Positions 1 to 8,631 of a DNA stretch of 64,000 nucleotides are shown one piece after another. Source of the stretch: Clostridia bacterium (GTDB lineage Bacteria; Bacillota; Clostridia; Oscillospirales; CAG-272); contig JAGAPL010000076.1 of NCBI GenBank assembly GCA_017623255.1, positions 3,252 to 67,251 on the forward strand, given 5' to 3'. Made by a program: the position numbers and the translations under genes. Every line of letters starts with the position of its first letter. Within the stretch, counting starts at the first letter, position 1. The notes beneath the pieces were generated by a model. It made no database searches, was not told where the DNA came from, and worked only from the letters and a program-made list of their open reading frames with translations.

Positions 1-912
1 ATTGTTGCCTATATAAGCCCAACCGACAACCTTTTCTCCGCTTTTATAATACACCCAGTTATTGTTTTCCTGGAACCAGCCATCCTTATGGATTGAATTG
101 TAAGTTGCTGTATAAGATGCATCAGCCTCAACGGTTACAATTTCTTTATCCCATCCTGCAAAAGTATATGTATATAGTTCATCTGCAGGTTTAGTGGGAT
201 AGGAAGGTACGCTCACAGTATCACCGTAATGATAATCTGTTTTCTTTGAAAGCTCTGTGCCATCCCAGTTGTTAAACACAACTGTGTAGTTGATATAAAA
301 TTCGTCAAATACAGCAGTGTAGGTTGTATTCCCTGTAACTGCTACAACCTCTTTATCCCATCCTGCAAAGGTGTATGTATATTTTTTATCAGCAGGTCTT
401 GTAGGATTGGAAGGTATAGTTACAGTATCACCGTAATGATAATCTGTTTTCTTTGAAAGCTCTGTGCCATCCCAGTTATTAAACACAACTGTGTAATTAA
501 TATAAGTTGCTCTAAATACGGCAGTGTAGGTTATATCACCTGTAACTGCAGTAACTTCTTTGTCCCAACCTGCAAAAGTGTATGTATATTTTTTATCAGC
601 AGGTTTTGTAGGATTGGATGGTACTGTTACAGTATCACCGTAACGGTAATCGATCTTCTTTGAAAGTTCAGTTCCATCCCAGTTCTTAAATATAACGGTG
701 TAGTTAATATAATCAGAACCTGTTACATAATCGGAATCTGTTATATAATCAGAACCTGTTATATAGTCGGATCCTGTTGTATAATCAGATCCGGTTACAT
801 AGTAAGGTGAGACTTTGTAATCAGCCAAAGCACCAACATTGGGTGCAAAACAGGAAACAACAAAGACTGTCGCCAGAACTAAAGAAAAAACACGTTTGTT
901 AATTCTGTTCAT
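1..912 (-). CDS. secreted cell-surface repeat protein, N-terminal part only (C-terminus runs off the window start)
   Basis: ATG at 912-910 is preceded by AGGAGG (complement of 921-926). The translation MNRINKRVFSLVLATVFVVSCFAPNVGALA is a signal peptide. It is followed by five xTGSDY hexapeptides and three 69-aa modules (INYTVVFNNWDGTELSKK...YTYTFAGWDKE...TYTAVF) that resemble Listeria-Bacteroides / InlB B-repeat type domains. The visible end (GWFQENNNWVYYKSGEKVVGW) looks like a cell-wall-binding repeat. It is absent from the ORF track because no stop codon lies in the window. Confidence 0.75.
   Translation of the reverse strand, partial: MNRINKRVFSLVLATVFVVSCFAPNVGALADYKVSPYYVTGSDYTTGSDYITGSDYITDSDYVTGSDYINYTVIFKNWDGTELSKKIDYRYGDTVTVPSNPTKPADKKYTYTFAGWDKEVTAVTGDITYTAVFRATYINYTVVFNNWDGTELSKKTDYHYGDTVTIPSNPTRPADKKYTYTFAGWDKEVVAVTGNTTYTAVFDEFYINYTVVFNNWDGTELSKKTDYHYGDTVSVPSYPTKPADELYTYTFAGWDKEIVTVEADASYTATYNSIHKDGWFQENNNWVYYKSGEKVVGWAYIGNN
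88..708 (-). repeat. three tandem 207-bp (69-codon) coding repeats inside the surface-protein gene
   Basis: The module starts (INYTV codons) fall at 708, 501 and 294 on the minus strand, exactly 207 bp apart. Strings such as ccatcccagtt and tcccatcctgcaaa recur once per unit. Confidence 0.85.
709..798 (-). repeat. five tandem 18-bp coding repeats (VTGSDY/TTGSDY/ITGSDY/ITDSDY/VTGSDY)
   Basis: Direct reading of the reverse complement gives in-frame units at 781-798, 763-780, 745-762, 727-744 and 709-726. Confidence 0.9.
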
Positions 913-1025
913 TATATATTCCTCCTTAAAATTATATAATTATCAAATACTATTTTTGGTAATTGCTCCTATTGTACTCCGTTGGAGCAATAAAATCAAG
1001 TACTTATATCAAGAATAGCAATATT

Positions 1026-2642
1026 TTATAAAAATGTGCGACAATGATAAGAAACATTCAAATCCTTTGATTTTTGTAAAAGGGCAATGCATATCCAGAA
1101 AAACGGAGCGCATATTACTATGCTGATATTGAAAAACGCTTGAATCAAATAGCATAAAGTAACGGCAAAAAATATAAGTGTGAATTCATTTTTTAAAAGC
1201 GTTTTAAATGATTTTAAAGCGACAGAAATCAGAAAGGCAAGGTATAAAATCAAACCAATCAAACCGTTTGTAAAAAATATACTTAAATACTCATTATGCG
1301 GATTATCCAAAACAAGTGATGAGCTGTTGTAGTTGCCGTTTGAGCATTCCATAAAAACCGTTGCATAGCTTCCCAGTCCTGTGCCGAAAACAGGTGATTT
1401 AAGGGCAATTTTAAAGCTCTCAACCCAAATTCCTATACGCCCTGTACCCGAATTCATTGTGATTTTTCCATGTAACAAATCTGCAATTTCTGAAAGTAAA
1501 TTCTTTGTAAAGCCTGAATCAGAGTCTGCAAAGCTGTAATTGTAAATACAAATCAAAATAATTGATACCACAATTATTTCAGCCACCACTACGATATACC
1601 AAAGATTGACCCGTATGATTTTCTCAGGATTTTTCTTCAACTGTATAAAGCCAACTGCCAAAAGTATCAAACCAAGAATAAGTGAAATCCAAAACAGAAA
1701 TGAAAATGAAAGAGAAACGTTTGTCTTTTGTGCTTGTTGGATATATTCCAAATTTATTAACGCACGCAATGAACAAGCAAAAACGATTGAAAACATTAAA
1801 AACAGTGATTTATATAACAGAACGCCTTTTTTAAGTAAAACAGGAAGCAGAATGAAAAACAGCGTTATGTATGCAATATTTCCCGAGTTCACTTCAATCA
1901 AAAATACCGAATAAGTATTTAAGAAAACAGAAAACAGAATCAGTGCCGACAATAATCGGGAAGTATTTAAGAACAAATAAGTGAGATTGATCAGCGGTAA
2001 GGTTATGCAAAATACGCATGAAAGCAAATCAATATTACCAATCGTTGAAGCGAACATATAAATACCGCCAACGCCGCCATCAGGGAATAGCCAAAAAGGA
2101 TTATATCCAAAACTTTGGATAATAGTTATAATTGACATCACACAAACGCTGATTGTCACTAAATATAGATGCACCTTTTTAAAACTACCATATTTGCTAA
2201 TGAGTAAAAATATCAAAACGTATAAAGACAATGTCAAAAAGCCGTCATACCTGCCGTATCCAAATATAAAGGACGACATTCCGCTTGGGTTTTCAATATT
2301 TTTATACGGGGATAGTAAATAGGATATTACCGAAAATAACAGAAAACATAACAGAAAAAACTCCGCCTTGTTTTCACCAATATTCAATGAAATTCTCGGT
2401 TTATACCCATCAAGCAAAAGTCCGCAAAAGGAATATAAAACACTTGCAAAAAATAAAAGTGTAAAAACAAGAAACAAAACATATTTAGTGCGCGTTAAAT
2501 TGGAGTAGTTTATGATAAATAAGGGGAAAACGAAGAACATTGACATTAAATAGATTTGTGATATAAAACTAAAATCTTTTTTCATCAGTTTTTCGTATGA
2601 TTTATTTTCTGAGACAGATCCAATCTTCTTAATAATAAGCAC
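1026..2642 (-). CDS. O-antigen ligase / Wzy-like polytopic membrane protein
   Basis: This 538-aa ORF is very hydrophobic with more than 10 predicted TM segments. The C-terminal third carries NPHNEYLSIFFTNGLIGLILYLAFL, which is typical of the Wzy_C / O-antigen ligase domain. Confidence 0.6.
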   Translation of the reverse strand: MLIIKKIGSVSENKSYEKLMKKDFSFISQIYLMSMFFVFPLFIINYSNLTRTKYVLFLVFTLLFFASVLYSFCGLLLDGYKPRISLNIGENKAEFFLLCFLLFSVISYLLSPYKNIENPSGMSSFIFGYGRYDGFLTLSLYVLIFLLISKYGSFKKVHLYLVTISVCVMSIITIIQSFGYNPFWLFPDGGVGGIYMFASTIGNIDLLSCVFCITLPLINLTYLFLNTSRLLSALILFSVFLNTYSVFLIEVNSGNIAYITLFFILLPVLLKKGVLLYKSLFLMFSIVFACSLRALINLEYIQQAQKTNVSLSFSFLFWISLILGLILLAVGFIQLKKNPEKIIRVNLWYIVVVAEIIVVSIILICIYNYSFADSDSGFTKNLLSEIADLLHGKITMNSGTGRIGIWVESFKIALKSPVFGTGLGSYATVFMECSNGNYNSSSLVLDNPHNEYLSIFFTNGLIGLILYLAFLISVALKSFKTLLKNEFTLIFFAVTLCYLIQAFFNISIVICAPFFWICIALLQKSKDLNVSYHCRTFL

Positions 2643-2903
2643 CTCCCCTAAAAAATATACTTCTTTCCATATTTATTATACTACTGTAAGCTATATGTTT
2701 CAAGCAATCTAAGGCTTTTTTATGATTAATTATATCTTCTTATATCTTTAAACGACAGAAGCTGCAATAAAATATTTTGTGCGTAAACGACCTCGTTACG
2801 CTGACAGTCAACATATTGTGAGGCTACTTTAAATTGCAAACTATATACGCATATTTTTTTAACAAAAACAAACACTAACCATATTAAACTTGGAGGGTGA
2901 AGT

Positions 2904-4202
2904 ATGGAATCTGTTTGGGAGAAGGATGTGCCGAAAGTTTGCTTTGATAAAATGGATGGCAAAAAAAGCACTGATGTACTGATAATCGGCGGAGGAATTG
3001 CGGGGATTTTATGCGCACATAAGCTAAAAAGCACCGGTGTTGCTTGTATGCTTGTGGAGGCTGCAGAAATATGTAACGGTATAACCAAAAACACCACGGC
3101 AAAGATCACTCTTGGTCATGGACTGATTTACGATAAACTGATTAAACGATTTGGGGAAGAAAAAGCTCGTATTTATCTTCAGTCACAGATCAGGGCGGGG
3201 GAAGAATATGCGCAGCTTTGTGAGAATATTGATTGCGATTATGAAAATAAGGATTCCTATGTCTATTCTCTTGATAACCGCAAAAAGATTGAAAAGGAAT
3301 TGGATGCTTTGAATCTTCTGGGCATAAGAGCAGAGTTTTCTGATGCAAGTGAACTACCTATAGAAGTTGCAGGTGCGGTGTGTGTGAGAAATCAAGCGCA
3401 GTTTCATCCTTTAAAATTTCTATATACAATCGCCAAAAATCTGCCCATATATGAACACACGAAGGTTTTGGAGCTTATGCCAAATAAGGCAATCACCAAT
3501 CGTGGTGAGATAACCTATAAAAAGCTCATCATTGCAACTCATTTTCCTATTTTGAATAAACACGGCAGCTATTTTTTGAAGCTATATCAGCATCGTTCTT
3601 ATGTAATTGCTCTGAAAGGTGCAGATAATGTGGCCGGAATGTATGTAGATGAATCGGATATAGGTCTTTCCTTCAGAAGCTATGGTGATTTGTTGCTTCT
3701 TGGTGGCGGTGGTCATAGAACGGGAAAGCAGGGAGGATGCTGGCAAGAGCTGGAAAAATTCGCAAGAGAGCATTACAAAGGCGCACAAATAGCTGAAAAA
3801 TGGGCAACGCAGGATTGTATGACGTTGGATGACGTTCCGTATATAGGACAGTATTCCAAGAGTACTCCCGAGGTTTTCGTTGCAACAGGATTTAACAAAT
3901 GGGGAATGACGAATGCTATGGTTGCGGCAAATATCCTATGTGACCTTATGCAAGGAAAGCCAAATCCTCACTCCGAGGTGTTCTCTCCATCACGAACAAT
4001 CCTTCGGCCGCAGCTTGCAATAAATGCAATAGAATCAACATTGGGACTTATCACTCCCACTGCGCCAAGATGTCCTCACCTTGGCTGCGCCCTAAAATAT
4101 AACCGTGCCGAGCACTCCTGGGATTGCCCCTGCCACGGCTCCCGATTTACAGAAGACGGTGAGCTTATTGACAATCCTGCAACGGATGATAAGCAAATGT
4201 AA
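2904..4202 (+). CDS. FAD-dependent oxidoreductase fused to a C-terminal Rieske [2Fe-2S] domain (B. subtilis YhfW-like)
   Basis: The RBS GGAGGGTG lies upstream. The N-terminus has the dinucleotide fold VLIIGGGIAGILCA, and the C-terminus has the Rieske motif CPHLGC...(17 aa)...CPCHGSRF. Confidence 0.8.
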   Translation: MESVWEKDVPKVCFDKMDGKKSTDVLIIGGGIAGILCAHKLKSTGVACMLVEAAEICNGITKNTTAKITLGHGLIYDKLIKRFGEEKARIYLQSQIRAGEEYAQLCENIDCDYENKDSYVYSLDNRKKIEKELDALNLLGIRAEFSDASELPIEVAGAVCVRNQAQFHPLKFLYTIAKNLPIYEHTKVLELMPNKAITNRGEITYKKLIIATHFPILNKHGSYFLKLYQHRSYVIALKGADNVAGMYVDESDIGLSFRSYGDLLLLGGGGHRTGKQGGCWQELEKFAREHYKGAQIAEKWATQDCMTLDDVPYIGQYSKSTPEVFVATGFNKWGMTNAMVAANILCDLMQGKPNPHSEVFSPSRTILRPQLAINAIESTLGLITPTAPRCPHLGCALKYNRAEHSWDCPCHGSRFTEDGELIDNPATDDKQM

Positions 4203-4338
4203 TTTGTTGAGCAAGGAGGTTTAGGGTATATATTAGTGACTAAAGAATAGGAGTACAGTGCTTGTTATCTTCATTTTATTCTGCTATAATAAATCTACGG
4301 TATGATATAAAAACAAAATGAAAGACAGTAGTTAATCT

Positions 4339-4692
4339 ATGGCAACCATTGAACAAACACTAACAAGGCTGAAACAGTCCGATTTCAGAGCAAAATTCCA
4401 CTTATCAAAAAAGGATAAGGAATATATATCCCAAAAAGGAATGGATAAAATAAGATCTCACGCTGAGGACTTTATACGTACCCGTCTTGCACCTAAAAAT
4501 CCTGAAAACGATGGTAAGCAAACTCCCATGCGCGGACATCCGGTTTTTGTTGCACAGCACGCTTGTGCCTGCTGCTGCAGAGGGTGCCTTAATAAGTGGT
4601 ATAAAGTACCATTGGGCACAGCACTAACGGAAAAGCAACAGGAGAAAATAGTAAATTTACTTATGGCGTGGATTGAGAGTGAAATAAACTGA
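4339..4692 (+). CDS. DUF4186 family protein
   Basis: This 117-aa ORF carries the segment MRGHPVFVAQHACACCCRGCLNKWYKVP, which is characteristic of DUF4186. Confidence 0.65.
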   Translation: MATIEQTLTRLKQSDFRAKFHLSKKDKEYISQKGMDKIRSHAEDFIRTRLAPKNPENDGKQTPMRGHPVFVAQHACACCCRGCLNKWYKVPLGTALTEKQQEKIVNLLMAWIESEIN

Positions 4693-4815
4693 ATCTTTCT
4701 ACTTAAAGGAAAGATAGAAAATTAGAAGGGGAAGGTTTAATGCCTTCCCTGATTGCGTTTGTACTCCAATCTGTCTGTTTCCAAAAAATACCCATCACAA
4801 TGTTTCTCAAATCTA

Positions 4816-4844
4816 TTGAAAAAAGTGTGAAAATGAGTTACAAT
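4816..4844 (+). promoter_or_regulatory. sigma-A type promoter of the OPT transporter leader
   Basis: TTGAAA (4816-4821), a 17-nt spacer, then TACAAT (4839-4844). Confidence 0.5.
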
Positions 4845-4928
4845 TTACTCTGTTGTGTTACAGTACTAAAACAACTGTAAATGACTGAATACGAATAAAA
4901 TTAAATAAATAACCGACAATAATTATGA

Positions 4929-4970
4929 ACAGTTAGAGAGCTATCCATCCTCTGACTGTTTTTATTTTTA
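4929..4970 (+). terminator. intrinsic-terminator-like hairpin inside the 5' leader, 30 nt before the OPT start codon
   Basis: A 10-bp stem pairs acagttagag (4929-4938) with ctctgactgt (4950-4959, one G-U pair). It is followed by tttttatttttat. Confidence 0.5.
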
Positions 4971-5000
4971 TGATAAAATTTAATAGAAAGGCAAAACTCA

Positions 5001-6923
5001 ATGGAGAAAAATCAAAAAAAATTCAGCCCGTACATTCCGGCAGAGAAGGTTACTCCTGAAATAACAGTCACTTCCATCGTTATGGGGATTATTCTTTCCG
5101 TGATATTCGGCGCGGCAAATGCATATCTGGGGCTTAGAGTTGGTATGACTGTATCAGCTTCTATCCCCGCGGCAGTTCTTGCAATGGGCGTTATCCGTGT
5201 TATAATGCGCAAAAACTCCGTTCTTGAAAGCAACATAGTTCAAACCATAGGTTCTGCAGGAGAATCTCTTGCGGCAGGCTCTATATTCACTCTTCCCGCG
5301 TTGTTTTTGTGGGCAGCAAGCGGAACAATGGAAAAGCCCGGTCTTGTTGAAATAACATTTATAGCTCTTCTCGGAGGACTTTTGGGAGTGTTTTTTATGG
5401 TCCCTCTCCGCAATGCGTTAATTGTTAAGGAGCATGGTGTTCTTCCTTATCCCGAAGGACAGGCCTGCGCAGAAGTGCTTCTTGCAGGTGAAGAGAAGGG
5501 TGCAAATGCGTCAACAGTATTTGCAGGGATGGGATTGGCAGCTCTGTTCAAGTTTATAATCGACGGGCTCAAAGCTGTTCCCGGTGAGATATCATTTAGA
5601 ATTCATGGCGCAGGCTATAAAGGTGAAATCGGAACGCAGATATATCCTGCCGTTATGAGCGTAGGATATATTTGCGGCCCTCGAATTTCATCGTATATGT
5701 TTGCAGGCGGAGTTCTCAGCTGGCTTGTTATCATTCCACTTATCGTTTTCTTTGGTGAATCAATGGTTCTATATCCGGGCACAGAACCCATAGGCACTAT
5801 CTTTGCTGAAGTTGGCGCAAGCGGCATCTGGAGCAGCTATATTCGTTATATAGGTGCAGGAGCATTGGCGGCAGGCGGTATTATAAGTCTGATAAAAAGC
5901 TTGCCACTTATTATCAAAACCTTTATCGGCGCAATGAAAAGTATGGTAAATGCAGGTAATGCAGGTAATTACAGAACTTCGCGTGATATCAGTATGAAGG
6001 TTGTGCTTATAGCCATTGCAATTCTCACAATTCTTGTATGGCTTGTTCCTGCAATTCCCGTTAGTTTCATAGGTGCTGTGATAGTGGTTATTTTTGGATT
6101 TTTCTTTGCTACAGTATCATCACGAATGGTTGGTATCGTTGGAAGCTCCAATAACCCTGTTTCAGGTATGGCGATTGCAACTCTGCTTATCGCAACCCTT
6201 ATTCTTAAATTCACAGGCTCCACAGGTGCACATGGAATGAGAAGCGCTATTGCAATTGGCTCTATTATTTGCATAGTGGCTGCTATTTCAGGAGATACCT
6301 CTCAGGACCTTAAAACAGGATTTCTTCTTGGTGCAACACCTAAAAAACAACAGATAGCCGAGATAGTAGGCGTGGTCGTGGCGGCATTTGCTATTGGCGG
6401 AACGCTTTATTTGCTTGACTCAGCTTGGGGATTTGGCTCACAGGAGCTTGCCGCGCCGCAGGCAACACTTATGAAGATGATTGTTGAAGGCGTTATGGAA
6501 GGCAATCTTCCTTGGACTTTGGTGTTTATAGGAGTGTTTACCGCTATAGTCGTCGAAATCGTAGGAATTCCCGTGCTGCCTTTTGCTATAGGCATCTATC
6601 TTCCCGTTCATCTTAATGTATGTATTATGATCGGCGGTCTTGTTCGCCTTGCATTTAATAAGATGAAAAAGGATGAGGAGGAAAAGAGAGCTACAGTGAG
6701 TGACGGTATTCTTTTCTGCTCAGGTATGATTGCAGGCGAAGGACTTGTCGGTATTCTTCTGGCGCTTCTTGCAGTATTCGGGGTAGATAAGCTCATTGAT
6801 ATTTCAGGTATTCTTAATTTGCCCGAATCAATTTCAACTGTTCTCAGCCTTGTAGTTTTTGCGCTCATTATCCTTAGCCTTCTTATGTTCTCGGTTTTCA
6901 GAAAGCGTAAAAAGAACGGATGA
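5001..6923 (+). CDS. OPT-family oligopeptide (or metal-chelate) transporter
   Basis: The 640-aa polytopic membrane protein has an N-terminal layout (FSPYIPAEKVTPEITVTSIVMGIILSVIFGAANAYLGLRVGMTVSASIPAAV) and overall size typical of bacterial OPT transporters. Confidence 0.85.
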   Translation: MEKNQKKFSPYIPAEKVTPEITVTSIVMGIILSVIFGAANAYLGLRVGMTVSASIPAAVLAMGVIRVIMRKNSVLESNIVQTIGSAGESLAAGSIFTLPALFLWAASGTMEKPGLVEITFIALLGGLLGVFFMVPLRNALIVKEHGVLPYPEGQACAEVLLAGEEKGANASTVFAGMGLAALFKFIIDGLKAVPGEISFRIHGAGYKGEIGTQIYPAVMSVGYICGPRISSYMFAGGVLSWLVIIPLIVFFGESMVLYPGTEPIGTIFAEVGASGIWSSYIRYIGAGALAAGGIISLIKSLPLIIKTFIGAMKSMVNAGNAGNYRTSRDISMKVVLIAIAILTILVWLVPAIPVSFIGAVIVVIFGFFFATVSSRMVGIVGSSNNPVSGMAIATLLIATLILKFTGSTGAHGMRSAIAIGSIICIVAAISGDTSQDLKTGFLLGATPKKQQIAEIVGVVVAAFAIGGTLYLLDSAWGFGSQELAAPQATLMKMIVEGVMEGNLPWTLVFIGVFTAIVVEIVGIPVLPFAIGIYLPVHLNVCIMIGGLVRLAFNKMKKDEEEKRATVSDGILFCSGMIAGEGLVGILLALLAVFGVDKLIDISGILNLPESISTVLSLVVFALIILSLLMFSVFRKRKKNG

Positions 6924-7270
6924 AGAAAAAAGAAGTTATATCAAAAAACTATTTGGAGAGAATCCCCGTAAGGGCCGAACGGATTCAGTGGGATACAGAT
7001 GAAAATGGAATGGTAACTCTCCATATAGAGAATAAAGGAATAGTGAAAAAACTCACTCAGATACTTTTGTATAAGCCAAAGGTGTCGCATATTCATTTTG
7101 ATGAAACAGGAAGCTTTATTTGGCTCATAATAGACGGTGAAAAAAACATAATATCTATCGGTAATGAAGTTGAAGCGCATTTTGGAGATGAAGCTAATCC
7201 TCTGTATGAGCGCCTTGCAAAGTATTTCCGGGTTCTTGATAGTTACGGATTTGTTGAGTGGAAAAACTAA
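6920..7270 (+). CDS. PqqD-family (RRE-like) protein, translationally coupled to the OPT transporter
   Basis: Its ATG (6920-6922) overlaps the OPT stop TGA (6921-6923). The C-terminal half ETGSFIWLIIDGEKNIISIGNEVEAHFGDEANPLYERLAKYFRVLDSYGFVEW fits the PqqD winged-helix pattern. Confidence 0.6.
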   Translation: MKKKEVISKNYLERIPVRAERIQWDTDENGMVTLHIENKGIVKKLTQILLYKPKVSHIHFDETGSFIWLIIDGEKNIISIGNEVEAHFGDEANPLYERLAKYFRVLDSYGFVEWKN

Positions 7271-7272
7271 AC

Positions 7273-7309
7273 AAAAAAACTTGCTGACTTTTAAGTCAGC
7301 AAGTTTTTT
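7273..7309. terminator. bidirectional intrinsic terminator between the PqqD-like and DtxR-family genes
   Basis: A perfect 10-bp stem pairs cttgctgact (7280-7289) with agtcagcaag (7294-7303). It is flanked by an A-run on one side and a T-run on the other. Confidence 0.8.
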
Positions 7310-7673
7310 ATATTTCAGATAAATAATTCTTCAGTGCTTCAAAAGATGTGTCGCTGATTGCGTGCTCCATTTTGCATGCATCTTCCTCAGCTGTTTTTCT
7401 GTCAACACCTATTTTTATGAGCAATTCTGTTATAACTCGGTGTCGCTCGTTGATTTTGGATGCTATCTCAAGTCCTAATTCAGTCAGGTGAAGGTGACCT
7501 TCCTCGTCAACTGTCACATAACCGCCGTTCTTAAGCAGACCGATGGCGCGGCTGACACTCGGCTTGGAATATCCCATATATTCGCCTACATCAACAGATC
7601 TCACGGCATTCAATTGCTTTGAGAGAACATATATTGTTTCAAGATACATTTCGCCCGATTCCTGCAGGTGCAT
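7308..7673 (-). CDS. DtxR/MntR-family metal-dependent transcriptional repressor (no SH3 domain)
   Basis: MHLQESGEMYLETIYVLS...VRSVDVGEYMGYSKPSVSRAIGLLKNGGYV is a DtxR-type wHTH. I chose the start at 7673 because AGGAGGAT lies 7 nt upstream; the 7715 start in the ORF track has no RBS. Confidence 0.8.
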   Translation of the reverse strand: MHLQESGEMYLETIYVLSKQLNAVRSVDVGEYMGYSKPSVSRAIGLLKNGGYVTVDEEGHLHLTELGLEIASKINERHRVITELLIKIGVDRKTAEEDACKMEHAISDTSFEALKNYLSEI

Positions 7674-7766
7674 ATATGTTATCCTCCTTTTGTAATAGTT
7701 TTTATATTTTAGCATATAATTTTAACTTTTTCAAGAGTAATTTCGCATTATTAGCCAATGATTTGC

Positions 7767-7795
7767 TTGACAAAAAAACTGTGGGGTAATACAAT
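7767..7795 (+). promoter_or_regulatory. consensus sigma-A promoter upstream of the azlD-like and chrA genes
   Basis: TTGACA (7767-7772), a 17-nt spacer, then TACAAT (7790-7795). Confidence 0.55.
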
Positions 7796-7843
7796 ATCCT
7801 CACAAGATTTGCAGCCTTCTGGATTTTTCCAAACGGAAGGGAA

Positions 7844-8074
7844 GTGCCAAAATATGTTCAATATCTTGGCAAAGCATTGCCACTCGCAGTGTTTGCAATG
7901 CTGGTAGTGTATTGTCTGAAAAACGTGGATGTATTTTCATCTTCCCATGGCCTTCCTGAACTTGTTGCAGTCATAGTGGTGGTGCTGCTTCACCTGAAAT
8001 GGCGTCAAATGCTTGTTTCAATAGCAGGAGGCACTATTTGTTATATGCTGCTTGTGCAGTTGGTTTTTGTATGA
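7844..8074 (+). CDS. AzlD-family small membrane protein, N-terminally truncated relative to the family and without an azlC partner (possible gene remnant)
   Basis: The GTG start follows GGAAGGGAA. The in-frame region back to 7790 ([39 protein letters not shown]...[21 protein letters not shown]) matches the middle and C-terminal parts of AzlD. The first TM helix and a start codon are missing, and a stop codon lies at 7787-7789. Confidence 0.45.
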   Translation: MPKYVQYLGKALPLAVFAMLVVYCLKNVDVFSSSHGLPELVAVIVVVLLHLKWRQMLVSIAGGTICYMLLVQLVFV

Positions 8075-8631
8075 GAGGTTTTATGAGAAAATTGTTTGAA
8101 TTATTTGCGGTATTCTTTAGAATAGGAGCATTCACATTTGGGGGAGGATATGCGATGATTCCTCTTATTCAGAAAGAAACAGTTGAGAATAAAAAATGGA
8201 TAACCGACGATGATATTCTTGAAATAGTTGCTATTGCCGAGTCCACTCCGGGCCCTATAGCGATCAATGCAGCAACATTCGTTGGATATAAAGTTGCAGG
8301 ATTCTGGGGAGCTTTTTTTGCAACTATCGGTATGGTTGTGCCATCATTTGCAATTATTTTGCTCATATCGTATGTTCTGCGCCGTTTTAATAATATAAAG
8401 GCGGTACAGTATGCATTCAACGGAATAAGAGCCGGAGTTCTTGCTCTGCTTATAAAAGCACTGTTCACAATGTATAAAAAGGTTGGTAAGAACGCATTAT
8501 CATATATTGTCATGGCTTTTGCTTTTGTGTTCACAGCCATTGTAAAAATTAAGATCATATATGTAATTATCCTGTGCGCAGTTTTTGGACTTGTAGTTTC
8601 CTATATTGCTGAAAGGAGAAGTGCAAAATGA
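8071..8631 (+). CDS. chromate transporter family protein (short-chain CHR, first of a pair)
   Basis: It carries [21 protein letters not shown]...[10 protein letters not shown]. The ATG at 8071 overlaps the upstream stop (ATGA); ATG 8083 is an alternative start. Confidence 0.8.
   Translation: MRGFMRKLFELFAVFFRIGAFTFGGGYAMIPLIQKETVENKKWITDDDILEIVAIAESTPGPIAINAATFVGYKVAGFWGAFFATIGMVVPSFAIILLISYVLRRFNNIKAVQYAFNGIRAGVLALLIKALFTMYKKVGKNALSYIVMAFAFVFTAIVKIKIIYVIILCAVFGLVVSYIAERRSAK

Noticed and set aside
709-798. A regular 18-bp periodic repeat that could superficially suggest a repeat array.
   Set aside because: The units are contiguous with no spacers, lie in frame inside a signal-peptide-bearing ORF, and translate to xTGSDY hexapeptides. 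These are coding tandem repeats, not a CRISPR array.
4880-4897. A five-codon mini-ORF (MTEYE) in the OPT leader as a possible leader peptide.
   Set aside because: No Shine-Dalgarno sequence lies upstream and there is no obvious regulatory codon content. I cannot support it.
7674-7766. A search for a DtxR-type operator (as in the feo locus) upstream of the DtxR-family gene itself and in the OPT leader.
   Set aside because: Only partial half-site resemblances are present (attagccaatgatttgc; gttagagagctat), with wrong spacing. They are not reported as sites.
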